64,000 bases of DNA, from positions 13,625,801 through 13,689,800 of the forward strand of contig OZ037767.1 in NCBI GenBank assembly GCA_964035545.1. Reading direction: 5' to 3'. A program made the translations under genes and the position numbers. This DNA comes from Bugula neritina (taxonomy: Eukaryota; Animalia; Bryozoa). Each line of letters begins with the position of its first letter. Position 1 is the first letter of the stretch. Shown here piece by piece: positions 1 to 12,831 of the stretch. The notes under the pieces are model-generated. The model worked only from the letters and a program-made list of their open reading frames with translations, was not told the origin of the DNA and searched no databases.

Positions 1-1222
1 ATGACCAAGAGTAGATGTAGGATTGGAGATATTTAAAAACACCAGTGTGTTCTAGATATAAAATATCTCTATTCTCAATTAATAGCCAAATTCCCTCAGC
101 AACAATAATCAGTGTGGAAAACTTAGGCAGTCTTAATGTCATTTTCATCCCAAGCCCATTTTTTATCAGCCACATTTTTTTATGTCTTTAATAAAAGAGA
201 GTAAAATCTCCTCTAACAGCTACAGACAATCTTTATATTAAGTAGTAAGTCAAATTTAGACTCAATCAGAATATCATTTATTAAATCATTTACCAATCTT
301 CATGGAGAGATGATAAATGTGTACAAATTCAATAAGGAGTTATAATTGAAAAAAATATGTTTACAATGCATCAGATGTAAATATCTTATTTAAGAAAAAA
401 TATCATTGAATATAGCAAGCTGCTGGGGGAATGACAAGTAGGTGCAGATTTGTGTCCCCTTGAATGGTGTTTGTTCTTTAGACTTTTGTAGCACCAGAAG
501 TTGAATGATTATGAAATTAGCAAATTAAACTCAAACCAGAAACCTATGCCAAGAAGAAACTTTCTATCCGAACTTATAAAGAGTACAGTTTGCCTGCCAA
601 CACTGAGTAAGGAAAGACAACTACCACACAAGTATGCCGAGGGGGGCCTTTCAAGCTATAAAGTGACCTTGGCAATACCATACATTTATCTAATGCAGTT
701 TCTTTGCATGCCACATTTTCACGGCCTATATCTGTTCATAAAATTTGCTAAGTCATAGTGGAGATGACTGCTAGCTCTTCCAGTGTCTATCAAATTACTA
801 TTGACTATTGGATATTAGCATTGTCAAAATAGCCTCAGAGCAATACTTTACAGAGTAGATCTATCATTTACTCATAGAAAGTTATCAGTTATTATGGTGT
901 GCAGGTAAAAGTTGGATCTTGGGTTTATATACAAATTATCAGACGGAATCATTTACAAAAAAGTCAGTAGCTTGCTTGGAGTCAGAAAGGATATAAATTC
1001 CCAACAAATAAATCAGCAAGTGGGGATAACCCTTGATTTATGAAGCTAAACTCTTAATGATAATTGCAACATTGGTTTACACCAATTCACCTGCACTACT
1101 AATACTACAAGCTCTTGTACCACACACCATAGGGTGAGTCATGTCGAATGAGTCAAGTAGAATATTCCAGAAGGATGGTATTGGGTGAGAGTAGAGCACA
1201 TGCACGTCCAACACCCACTCAC

Positions 1223-1432
1223 CTTTCTGTCCACAAAGGAGCAGCATATCTCCCTCAGGGCTGGGAGGGTGAGCTGAAAGTCCGCAGATGGAAGTGTTAT
1301 CTGCTCCCGAACTAAGCCTATCTGCAGTTGAATCTTGAGCCCGACTTCAGCCCCATCTTCACTGATATTGTCAGCTGCAGTCCCATAGCCTGTGACAGGC
1401 TCCGTTAAGCTCATTCGCTCTCCAGCCGACAT
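1223..1432 (-). CDS. PRKD: Protein kinase D (PKD/PRKD family), first coding exon (70 codons); gene continues off the left edge
   Basis: Translation IQLQIGLVREQITL...LREICCSFVDRK matches the PKD N-terminal ubiquitin-like domain (FHLQIGLSRE...VREMACSIVDQK). Donor AAG|GTGAGT at 1222; acceptor CTTGTAG ending at 1494. Paralog number cannot be assigned. Confidence 0.85.
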
Positions 1433-3834
1433 TCTAGAGCAGGTGCTAGAAGGTGGCTACAGTGTCACATATGCAAGAGAGCTGAGTGTAGTCCTACAAG
1501 AGAGAATGAAACAATAAAATGTAATCTACTTGGCTATAGTATGTACTACTACTGCTACTACTACTACTAGCAGTGCAGCCTATATAGGATGGGGGGAGAT
1601 AAGACTAAGATAGATACAGGAAAGCTAATATTAGATATTTGAGGTAATTATACAAGTTATTAGACAAGCTGGCATTTACAGCAACCTGTCTAATAGACTA
1701 CATTGCAGTTCTGCTTTTCAGTGAATAGCCAGGATATTTTCAACCATAAAACGGCACTAAAATGTTCCTAAAAACTAGCAAAGAGTGCCATTGCTGAGAT
1801 TATGATAATTTTAGCACTCAACTTAAATAATGCTGGTGCCCCTACGACATCTAGTGAAGGCAAAATATAGTTGCTGTTAGTTCTGGATAAATCAACCAAA
1901 CAACAGTTGGAATGTAGCTATTAACATTTTACTAGCTACCTTCTAGCTATATGCTGAACTGTGTAGTAACTATTTACTATATAAAGACTTGGACATGTAG
2001 TATAAGTTGTGTGCCCTTGCAAACAGAAACCTTAAAACTATATAACATTGAGTGAGAATAAAGTGAGAAACTGGAGGTGGAGATTTCAACAGAGAAAAAG
2101 CAGAAAGGGGGAGTTGTCTTTCCAAAATGGGCATTATGTCAATATCTCAAATATTTATAAACTTTGAGAACTTTTTCAAGTTAAATCATCATAAAAACTC
2201 GACCTGCAAAGAACTAGGCTACATTTAGAGTGTAGAAGAATGCTAGAGAACTATAGAGCTATATTATATAATATTAGGTAGTAGCAACTATCAGGGGTGA
2301 TAACTTCAATAGCGCAGAAATTTTCCTACTGCCAAAAACTGAAAGCAAATGAACCAAAGTCAGCCAAGTGCAAATCTGTTAAACAAATTAAAAACATTTC
2401 AAAATAAGACATTTTCCTGTAATAGACAGCTAACTCAATTTGTCTTTAACAGACCTCTAACAGAGTGGAACAAAAGTGGAGCGATGGGGAAAATTTGCCT
2501 TCAGCCTAGAAACCAGCTTGTCCATATCCATATCAACAATCAATGAGTATAACTGGACATGTGAATAAAACATGTCATCAAAACTATGCCGTCATTACTG
2601 CACATAAAGTAACACAAAATTACCTTGCTGGAGGTAGTTAATGGAGAGATTAGTTTAGCCACTAATAATCCGCAATACACAGTAGAGATTAGCCTACCAA
2701 AACAGCCTCGCATTTCCTCATAAACACAAACTAAAAGACAACCTAAAGTGAGGGAGAGAATAAGACAAAGTTTCTAGAGAATTCTACTCTATAAGGAAGT
2801 TTCTGTTACATAATATTAACTGTAGTAAGGACTATAGTTACGGAAAGCTACAATAGAAACTAGACTTTTTATATCCACAGTTGACAACTTTGGAGGGGGG
2901 ATTGGTTAGCACTCTCAATTGTCAACAATATAGGCTCAGTAATAGCAACTGGGCATGAATACTGATCATATAATAAAGAACAAGATACGAATTACATGCA
3001 CTGATCAATGGAACAATGATACAATTGAAATGGAAATGAATAAACTGTGCAACCAGCCTGATAATATTACATGTAATAACCCTGGAATAAAAAGTTACAC
3101 ACAAACATACTTAGCTGATAATAGCAGTACAAGAATATTATAGTAGGGCGAAACTTAGAAGTGGTGATAAAGTGAACTGAGAATACATAATGAGAGAGGC
3201 ATCAGTGTGAGGTGTCTAACTCATTCCTATCTCACTTGGGTGCTGAGAAATTAAAATAGCTTAAGTTCTTATAGTTGAAAGTATTATGAAAACAAACATC
3301 TCTTTGCTACATTTCTTATCTAGAACACAGGCTTTTCTTCACTACTGCGCCTACATCTTTTCTCTGAGAGCTAAACTTGTACCTGCTCTACTGTGGCCAA
3401 CGCTATGATATCTACTCAACTCAACACCTTGTCTATTGGCAGCACTCTGCAAGATAGAATTGGGGCTCCACAAGTGATGATATGAGTCACCCCCCCCCCC
3501 TTCCCCAGGAAGAGTGGGTGGATATTACAAATCTGCTACACACCACTGCTGGGTGCCACATGTTAATACACAACACACTATTATCATTGTATCCCGAATG
3601 TAGATAGTACACACAGGGAAAGTAAATCCAATAGAAGAAATAAAGCTTAACTCTGCCGAAAACTAAGGCAGGATATTAACCAGACAAAAGTAACAGTCAG
3701 TTAAAAGATGATCCATCTTTTTTCAACACTGGCTGTGTTTTAGAATTCCCAGATCAAATAAAAATGTCAATATTACTTGTCAACTTGATGTATATTCCTA
3801 TCCTCAAACCCTGGGAGAAATAGCACTCACTATA

Positions 3835-4580
3835 AGTATATATACTATAATTATACTGAATATATCAGTAACACTATTTACTATATACTGAATATACCAG
3901 TAACACTATTTACTTTATACTGAATATACTAGTAACACTATTTACTATATACTGAATATACTAGTAACACTACTTACTATAATATACTATATACTGAATA
4001 TATCAGTAACACTATTTACTATATACTGAATATACCAGTAACACTATTTACTTTATACTGAATATACTAGTAACACTACTTACTATAATATACTATATAC
4101 TGAATATACCAGTAACACTATTTACTATATACTGCATATATCAGTAACACTACTCACTATATACTGAATATACCAGTAGCATTACTCACTATATACTGAC
4201 TATATCAGTAACACTATTTACTATATACTGAATATATCAGTAACACTATTTACTATATACTGCATATATCAGTAACACTACTTACTATATACTGAATATA
4301 CTAGTAACACTACTTACTATATACTGAATATACCAGTAACACTATTTACTATATACTGAATATACCAGTAACACTATTTACTATATACTATATACTGAAT
4401 ATATCAGTAACACTATTAACTATATACTGAATATACCAGTAACACTACTTACTATATACTGAATATATCAGTGATACTACTTACTATATACTATATACTG
4501 TATATATCAGTAACACTACTTACTATATACTATATACTGTATATATCAGTTATACTATTCACTATATTATACTGTATACT
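3835..4580. repeat. Minisatellite, ~32-bp unit (TATACTGAATATACCAGTAACACTATTTACTA)
   Basis: Directly visible tandem copies with a TACTG...CAGTA inverted core. Confidence 0.95.
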
Positions 4581-7500
4581 GAAGACTAGAACTAGTCCAC
4601 ACAACTGGCCAACTAGTAGTAGACAAGCTCAGTCATGCAGAGTGCAGTGAGCTGTGACTGAAATGAAGCTGCAACACAACCTGGCACTGGCTTGCCATGG
4701 GAGTAACCAGATTGTATGGTAAACCACACATGAGATAGTCAAGTCATTACCGGCGGTACATTGACCAACCAACAGCTTCATTCCATCCTGTTGACCAATC
4801 AACAGTCTGATTTCTTATTGCAGTATTATAAATAAATGTAAAATTTTGAGTGAAATGCACTCAATTAATTTTACAAATTATATAATTATCATTTAATAAA
4901 ATTTCTCAATTAATGAAAACAATAGATAATAGATGATAGACTATAAATAATTTACACCATATTACTAAAAGGCATAACTAATTTTATCAGCTAAGAAGCT
5001 GTGAAGTATTTCATTACATTATTGTGCAAACCAAATAAATATAGTATTTACAGGTATGTCACCTGAGTATTATGAAGTAGAAGCATCACCACAATTTACT
5101 ATACTCTATCAATACAACATAATTACAATACATTAAAACATTGATTATATAACATCTCTAAATCATATAAATTAACTTACATTATATTACAAATCAAGTA
5201 GTTTTATAGCGGAGAGAAAATATTTATATAAGTGAACTAACAATTAGAGAAGAAGAGACCTAAGTTTAAAGTACTGACGTATACAAAGCTAGTAAGTCCG
5301 AAGGCATACCTTGTACAAATGTCAACCTCTCAATGTTACGCATAAAACTCGATATATCAACTCTCAAGAGCCCAGAATAACGCTAAACATACTACTACAA
5401 CATTACCCTGAATTGCCCAGCATTGTGAGTCTACTGAAGACGTACATAGGCATACAATTATACTAACAAACAAACAGACTACTATGCTACAGCCCTGTGG
5501 GAGGGAATCATAGTTTGTGTGTATACAGTGTGCGGCAAATCACTCGTGAATCACCACTATCACGGCCAAAGGATTAAACGTAGAGCTTAAGGCAGTGTTG
5601 AAACAAGTGTTAACATAGCTTCTGATAGGATGGGGCACTTTAGTTGCAACTAATAACTGTCTAATCATTGATGAGACATGCAAAAAAGATACTAGGAAGT
5701 AACAGTGTTTTAGGGAGCTGGTGCACTTGAATATCACATGATTTATTTACTTATTTGAAATAAATACAGTCTAGTATGAGTCATGTAACGAACACCTTTA
5801 CCTGAAACAATATAATTTTGATAAATTGAAACATATTAGACTAATTCTAGCAGAGTAGACAAAGTGCAATCCCAATACGTCTGCTGATTTTACTAATTCG
5901 AAACATTAAATTTGATTGCAGACACTGTTAGGGTGCACTGAAGGATACTGTATCAATCATTAGACTTACAAAAGATTCTTTAATTTCGAAGGAAGCACAG
6001 CAGGTTGAACTGCTCTGATAATTTATTCACCAAACACCCTACTAGATTAATCACTTAGTGCTAGACTAAGTGAATTCTAGGCAGCTCAGTAAGGAGGGGG
6101 GGGACATTTCAACCCAAACAACTGGGACCGTTAAAAGACAAATGAGCACTCAAATGAAATATCACAAGTTCCTAATGTAAATCAGAATGAGAACGCACAT
6201 GATAGGGCAGTAATACCCAGTACCCTCGAAACATGATGAAAATCAATAACCAAAAGTGAGAAAAGCTGACAGCATAAGATAAAAAGTTCAGATGCCAATC
6301 AATTACCAACACTTCAACACAAATTTCTATTGTAATAAATAGTCCAGAACCTGGGGGGGGCAGCAATGTTTCAGAACCTGGGGGGGCATCAATGTTCCAG
6401 AAACCTGTATTTAATAAGTTTAAGTAACATAAAATACTATAATATTTCTGGCAATAGTTAGAATTACTCATTCTTAGCCATATGTCTCAGAAAGATGCCA
6501 ATGGTTAAAGAGCTACCACCCAATTTACTGCGTGACCTTTGATACAATAAGAAAAATTTACACATTACAGGCTGCTAATTTGCATAAATTATTACTAAAT
6601 TACAGACTGAAAGATGTAGTCTAGATAAATGTGAGCAATATTGAATAACATGGAAACCAGCCTGAAATGCACAGGTTACCTCCAGGGTGTGGTAACTGGC
6701 AGATATAGAAGCAACTACAACCCATATGCTAATCAGCAGGTGAAGTAACTGCACTAATTATACAATGACACAGGAATGGTTCTCCCTTCTGAAACTTTAG
6801 CATAGTTAAACATAAGCAACAGCTAGTTGTCTTACTGGAAAGAGATGGAAGTAGCAATCTAAGTTTAATCTTGTACGAGTATGTTTTAATAATCTTTGCT
6901 ACTAAACAAATTTACAAATGTATATTTGCTCTACAGAGCAATAAAAGCAATAATATAAATTGGAAAGCACCTGTACAAGAGACCAAATATTAGTTTAACT
7001 TTAGGTATGGTCGCCTGGTACATGCTCATATAGAGTTATTTCCTCTGAACATATAAAGAAAAGTTTCTTTATACCTTCCTTATAAAAGCAACTCTTGAAC
7101 GGACTCACACCTAATACTGAAGTAATTTGCATAAATTCACATATCTTTGATGATTGACAAATACTATAGTGACAGACAAAAAAACTACCACTGATGTATG
7201 TTTCTTATTAAACGGCCGATTCCTAATTAGAGGTTTAAGCAGATAAAAACTTTCAGCAGGGTTTCTGGTACTGCAGAGAAAGATATAGGATGGCACACCA
7301 TCTGGGGGAGTTGCAGGTCACCAGCAGCATAGTATTATAAATACACTGCTATGTCAACTGGAGGTCAGTCAAACTATGTCAACAGCAGCATCTGTTAACA
7401 GCTTACACTTTGTTGGGTTGAAACTGAAAAAATATTAGTCATCTGTCTCTCTTATGACAATAACATTAGGTCACACATTAAAAATGCATGACATTCCCAG

Positions 7501-9599
7501 AGATAATATTAATAGGTGTAGTAGGCTGGGACTGCTGGTACCAAGTATTATGATATATGGCTAACTATTTGTTGTACACCAGAATTTATTCATCTGGGAA
7601 GATAGCTGTCTGAGAGAGTATCAATAGAAAGAACATCTGGAAGGGAAGACAAATCCTGATAAAAATCATCAGTTTTACTTGGAGTCGAAAAAAAATTGAT
7701 AAATTTGCACGACAGTAGCAGGCAAGAGATGGTTATACGACTTTTTCAACCATTAAACAAATTCCCTCCACCACAAAGCAGATCTGCGGATATTTTTGTG
7801 CAGGGAGGACTTGATATTTCAATTACATCTCTCTTATCAACATTAGCTACATAGGCTGATGAAACTACTGCAACCAGTAGGCTACTAGCTGTGAGCAATA
7901 AATGATACAAATAGTAAGACACAAAGAATAAAATACATATGCTAACATCTAAAGTCTAAACTAAAGGGTATCAGAAATGCATAGCATTTTCCAAGCTAAT
8001 TTTAAGTTGCTACATTTTTAAACAAATTTGATTGTAAATATTTACACATCTAACAAAACTTTATTGATGGTGCCCTGATAGCAGATACATGAAAAATAAT
8101 CGAAAGATCCATAAAATTAATAAATCATAGTAAAATTTGCAAAATATATAATAATCAGAACTGAGGTCAGTAGACTTTTTATTCCACTGCAGTAAACAGC
8201 TTCATGAAAGATTTATAGAAAATAAAATGTGTGCTACTATTTGAATTTATTTCATAAGATACTTATACAAATAACATCCTTAGCCGATTGGTAATTATAG
8301 CGAAAAACAAGTAAGTGTAGATGTGTGGAAAGCATCTAGGTCAAAATTTGTGAGTTTAAGGATAGTGAGAAAATCATTTATTGCAAAAGTATTCAAGTCA
8401 ATAACTATTTTGATAAAGCTAGTTTCATTATTTTCAACTTTGTCTTTTAAACTTTAGTTTTGTATTTCATACAATAAAAAACAATAAAAATATAATAACA
8501 AAAATAACAGTGCATACTTAGGTTTACTTATCAATGCATTTCTATTTAACACAGTTATATAACATGCTTTATTAAAATTTCATAACTATTACTGTGTAAG
8601 TGAATTTAACTAGAACAAAAAGCATGGGCAAATACTATTACTATTAGTATTAGTAGTCTAAGTATATGTGCTGTTTACTATAAATTGAGAATTGCAGATA
8701 AAATTTCAAATGCAAGTGAAGATATCAATGACATCCTTATTAAATTAATCTTACGAATAGTAATTCTCAAGTAAGTTTATCATATTGCAAGATGTTAATG
8801 AATTACCAGCACCACAGCTATTATTAATTACAACAAGTATTGCCATAATTATTGGCATTAGTCTTGAAATTATGATAAATGTTATATTCAATCATTCGCT
8901 TAGAGTTAATCATTGAATTTGAAATTAGTTATAATAAATTTCAATATTAAAACTTAAAGTTGCTAATTATTTGTATTGCTACAGCTATTAATAATAGCAT
9001 ATTTATCAATATAAAATTTTTTTAAATAAATATATCATCATACCTAGACTCATTAGTTAAAATATAACTATGGACTTGGAGTAGAGTGAATAGTTTAACT
9101 CTATAACAGTATAAGTAAACTTATAACCAGAGTCCTACACACTTAATCATCATCTTATAGTTAATAGTGATAAACTCAATCACATTCATAATGATACTAA
9201 TTCAAACTAAAACCTATAGGTAACTGTAGTCATACCAACAATCCTAATCAGAACGAATAATGATAATCAATTACATTGAATGATAACATTACGAATAACT
9301 GAGTCTGGAGGTGATACCAAAGACAAAGTAAAAGTAAATAAGTAATCGATATTAAATTAATCATAATGACCAAAACTAAAGCATATTATAATAATAATTA
9401 TTATTAATTATTATTGTAAAATATCATTATGATTATCATTATGATTATAAGTATAACTATATAATAACGATAATGCAAATGATTATGACAAATAAAATTA
9501 ATACTTAATAAAACTTAAACTAAAACGTGAAGTTTAAGTTAAAGTCAGAGTTATGTTACTCACTCTCGGTCAATGTAGAAGGGGAACTCTGAAAGTGAA

Positions 9600-9900
9600 T
9601 AAAATATTAATAAAAATAAGAATACTCACGTTTTAAAATAAATGTCCACAATTACTTTCAGCAAAGCCAATCAACTGTTGTCTGTCACTGTTAGTGTTAC
9701 TGAAAGTAATATTCAAATAATATTGCAGCGCTAGCGGGTAGCCGAGATAGTAAGAGGAAAAACTCACTCTGGGTCTGAGAGGGACCCGGACTGGGAGACT
9801 CAGACTGGTCCCAGGAGTGAGGAGTCAGGTCAAAGTGAAAGCGTATCACTATCAGACTAGAAGTAAAAGTAATTATAATTATTGCAACACACCTGAAAAA
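9600..9900. promoter_or_regulatory. Putative promoter / non-coding first exon region between divergent PRKD and UGP2
   Basis: GC/CpG-richer patch (9720-9850) in very AT-rich DNA; minus-strand donor GTGAGTATT near 9621-9629; both genes have acceptors upstream of their ATG-containing exons. Confidence 0.35.
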
Positions 9901-10280
9901 TCATAAATTGACTTACAAAAAAAATTTCAAAGACCATTTTGTGGTCTAAACCTTAAACCACATTGTGTTTTTTTTTAACAAGTTCATATCAAGCCACTTG
10001 AAACCTTTTTATAATAATCATGATGAACATGACGATTATCCCAATAGGCTGCACCGAAAATACCGGAACCAACCGAGTCCATTATTTTGCTTATGGAAAA
10101 TTGAAGCGCCTGCTATTACAATTTCTACACTTTCGAGTTGTTCACTTTATGCAAATCAGCGGCATGGTAATAAAATAAATATATACGGGGGGGGGGGGGG
10201 GGGGGCACAACGGGCCAGATTTTGAATTTTTTGCTCTCATTCGTCTATTTTTCAAGTTACTAGTTTAATGATCTCTAGTC

Positions 10281-10700
10281 CAGTGGTTCCCAACCTTTTT
10301 CATACTATTCCCCCCTTTAATAAATGTTGACTATTAATTTCCCCCCTTTCGAAGAGCAAAAAGATTTTATGACTTACTGAATGAGAATATATGATACAAT
10401 GCAATATATTTTGTTCTATTATATTGGTATATAATATAATTATGATAATATTAGTAATATTATCGTTATTTTAATATTATAAAACACAGAACAGTTCAGT
10501 TATTAATGTTATGGCTTCATTTGATGCTTTTGTGCCAGCTTGCTTAAGCCTGGCTCTGCTTTTGACCAGGCCCATCTCAAGTCACTCTGCAGGTTAAGGC
10601 AGCTTCTCTTCTCTTTGAATTGATGAGAATCCTACCTGACACGGATAAGTGGTGGTGGATGACACCAAAAAGTCTGCTTTGTTAATTATGTGTGGGAAAA
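10281..10700 (+). mobile_element. hAT (Charlie-like) non-autonomous fragment
   Basis: Begins CAGTGGTTCCCAACCTTTT after TCTAGTC, typical of a hAT terminus and target; right end not found. Confidence 0.55.
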
Positions 10701-10730
10701 GTTTGCTTGTTGAAACCCACAACTATTTTA

Positions 10731-11215
10731 GGTAAAACTGGTGCATGTAAAAATGGCACAGGTAATAATGGAACAAATGAAAAAGTAGGTAAAAATGGCA
10801 CAGCACTGATTTTAATTTTTTCCAAACTCAAACCTCAAACCCCCAACCCTTGAACCCAAAAGCCCTACCCCTTAACTCAAATTCCCACCCCCAAACTTCA
10901 GAACCCCAAGTACAAACCCAAAATCCTCACCTCAAACCCCTCTTTCAACAATGACACAGGTAATAATGGCACAAATGGAAAATTATAAATAACAATGGCA
11001 CATTTTCATTATTAGCATTGTAGATTTGAGTTGGGGGCTAGGTGTTCAGGATGGGGGGTTTGGAGGTTTGGGAAAGTTTAACACCACTGTGCCATTTGAA
11101 AAATAATTTTGCCCCCACTGGGAATCGAACCCGTGAACTCTGGCTTGCAAGCAAGTGTACTAACCATTACACCACGGGGACCACTGGGTAAACTTATCAC
11201 TACACCATGTTTACC
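10731..11215. mobile_element. TA-flanked MITE-like element with internal AATGGCAC repeats, AACCC-rich tract and a tRNA-like cassette
   Basis: TTTTA|GGTAAAACTGGTG ... CACCATGTTTACC|TAAAA inverted termini with TA on each side. Confidence 0.6.
11110..11181 (-). pseudogene. tRNA-derived sequence (72 nt), defective anticodon arm
   Basis: A box TGGTGTAATGG, B box GGTTCGATTCC, acceptor stem GTCCCCG/TGGGGGC; anticodon loop is only 6 nt and the stem has a mismatch. Confidence 0.75.
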
Positions 11216-12831
11216 TAAAATCGGAACAGGTTCTTCTCCTGTAAAAGTTTATTGAGTGTGCGGGGAAAGACACCATGTTTTTGAGAGACGCCACCACTTT
11301 AGTGTAACTTTAAAAACATTGCCGCTGCTATGAAAAGCAATGACATGATTGCACTCCCGCATTTTCAGGTTCAGATTATATTCACTAGGTATGTAGTATA
11401 CATGTTATTGAGATTGACTTGCATGGATGCTAAAAGTTGGCCTGTTTATTTTTGCATATTTTTGACTTTCATTCAGATCAGAAATGGCTATATCTATAGA
11501 TTTTAGTAACATTTCAACCAACTTTTTGGGCAAACAAACTAACAACAGTGATCAGGGTGCAATGGTCAGGTGGCTCATTGTGCCCGTGTGGCCAAATTGA
11601 AAATAAATGTGGCTCAAGGAAAATTTGTTTTAGAATTTGCTATTATACTCGTTAAGCAATGTAGAGACAAGCAATGGCAACAACACCAGTAAAAACTAGG
11701 CTTGTTGCCTTTGAATGTAAAAAGTTATAAAGCTTTAAAAATTACAAAAAGTAGGTAAAAGCAGTTTTTGACTCGCCTCTTCAACATGTATGCTCCTCTA
11801 GTGTTGAAAACACAATGGCTGAATAATTATGTCATTTCTTTTTTATTAAAGAAAAAATCACAACTCTATGTCAAGAAATTCTCTCACAATTTGACCGGCT
11901 TTCAGTACCCCTATGACTGTTGTGCCCCCCCCCCCCCCCCGTTACCCCTACCTGTGCGGTTATAGATTTGACTCTACAATCGTGTATCTAATCCGTTTTA
12001 TTAGCTGTTACTTTGTCTACAGTGTTAGTGTTCCATCAACTGCTCAGCAAAATTGATTCAAGAGATAATAACTAACAATGTATACTAACGGATCGCATCA
12101 CAATCTAGCTTGGCTTGTTAGTGAAAAGAAGACAACTACGAATTATAAGTTTGACGTGATTGATAGCCTAGGAACCCATACAGTTTTACACTTCTTGAAA
12201 GCCATCATTATAACCGACACAACTTTAAGCGTTTCTAAGTGTTTACGTTTTAAGTTTTGGAAATTGCCATCACGGTCACAATAGATGATTGCACATTAAC
12301 ATTGGCGTTGCTCTTGCCTGATTGCTAAAATGAGTGACTTTTTTGCTCGGCCTTACAATCATAATTATCATGTTTCATTTTAATATGTATTTCATTATCT
12401 ATATGTTACATTGGTTGGAAAGCTTTTTAACTTCTGCCCAAAACTAAAAGTTAAAGTAAAGATTTATATTATTATAAATATAATTAATATTATAATTAAA
12501 TTAATTTAAATAATAATTTAAATTATCATCATTACATTTACATTATGTATTTGCAAAGATCAAAATATTCAATTTCTTATTTATGTTCATACTGATATCG
12601 AATTTGACAGTCAACTTAAATAATCAATATAAATATTAATAATTAAATTTAATGTGAAACTGAAGTTCATATTCACTAATCACTATCATGTGTATATTAA
12701 TATTATTTATTCTTATTGATGCTTATATTAATATTATAAATATAATTATTAATTACTCCTAGTATTACTATTAGTATTGGTTGTATCACAGCTTTTAGCT
12801 GGTGTAACCTTCTACCATCGGCCTAGTTCCA

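Larger units (their letters stand above)
10186..11941. mobile_element. Possible outer TIR element bounded by CG(n)CACAAC / GTTGTGC(n)G
   Basis: Inverted termini: C-polyG-CACAAC at 10186 and GTTGTG-polyC-G ending at 11941; TSD not clear. Confidence 0.4.

Noticed and set aside
501-9600. Short ORFs in the PRKD introns
   Set aside because: No recognisable motifs or consistent splice structure; expected by chance.
11110-11181. Functional tRNA gene (also 20542-20613)
   Set aside because: 6-nt anticodon loop, stem mismatches, differing anticodon regions between the copies, and repeat context.
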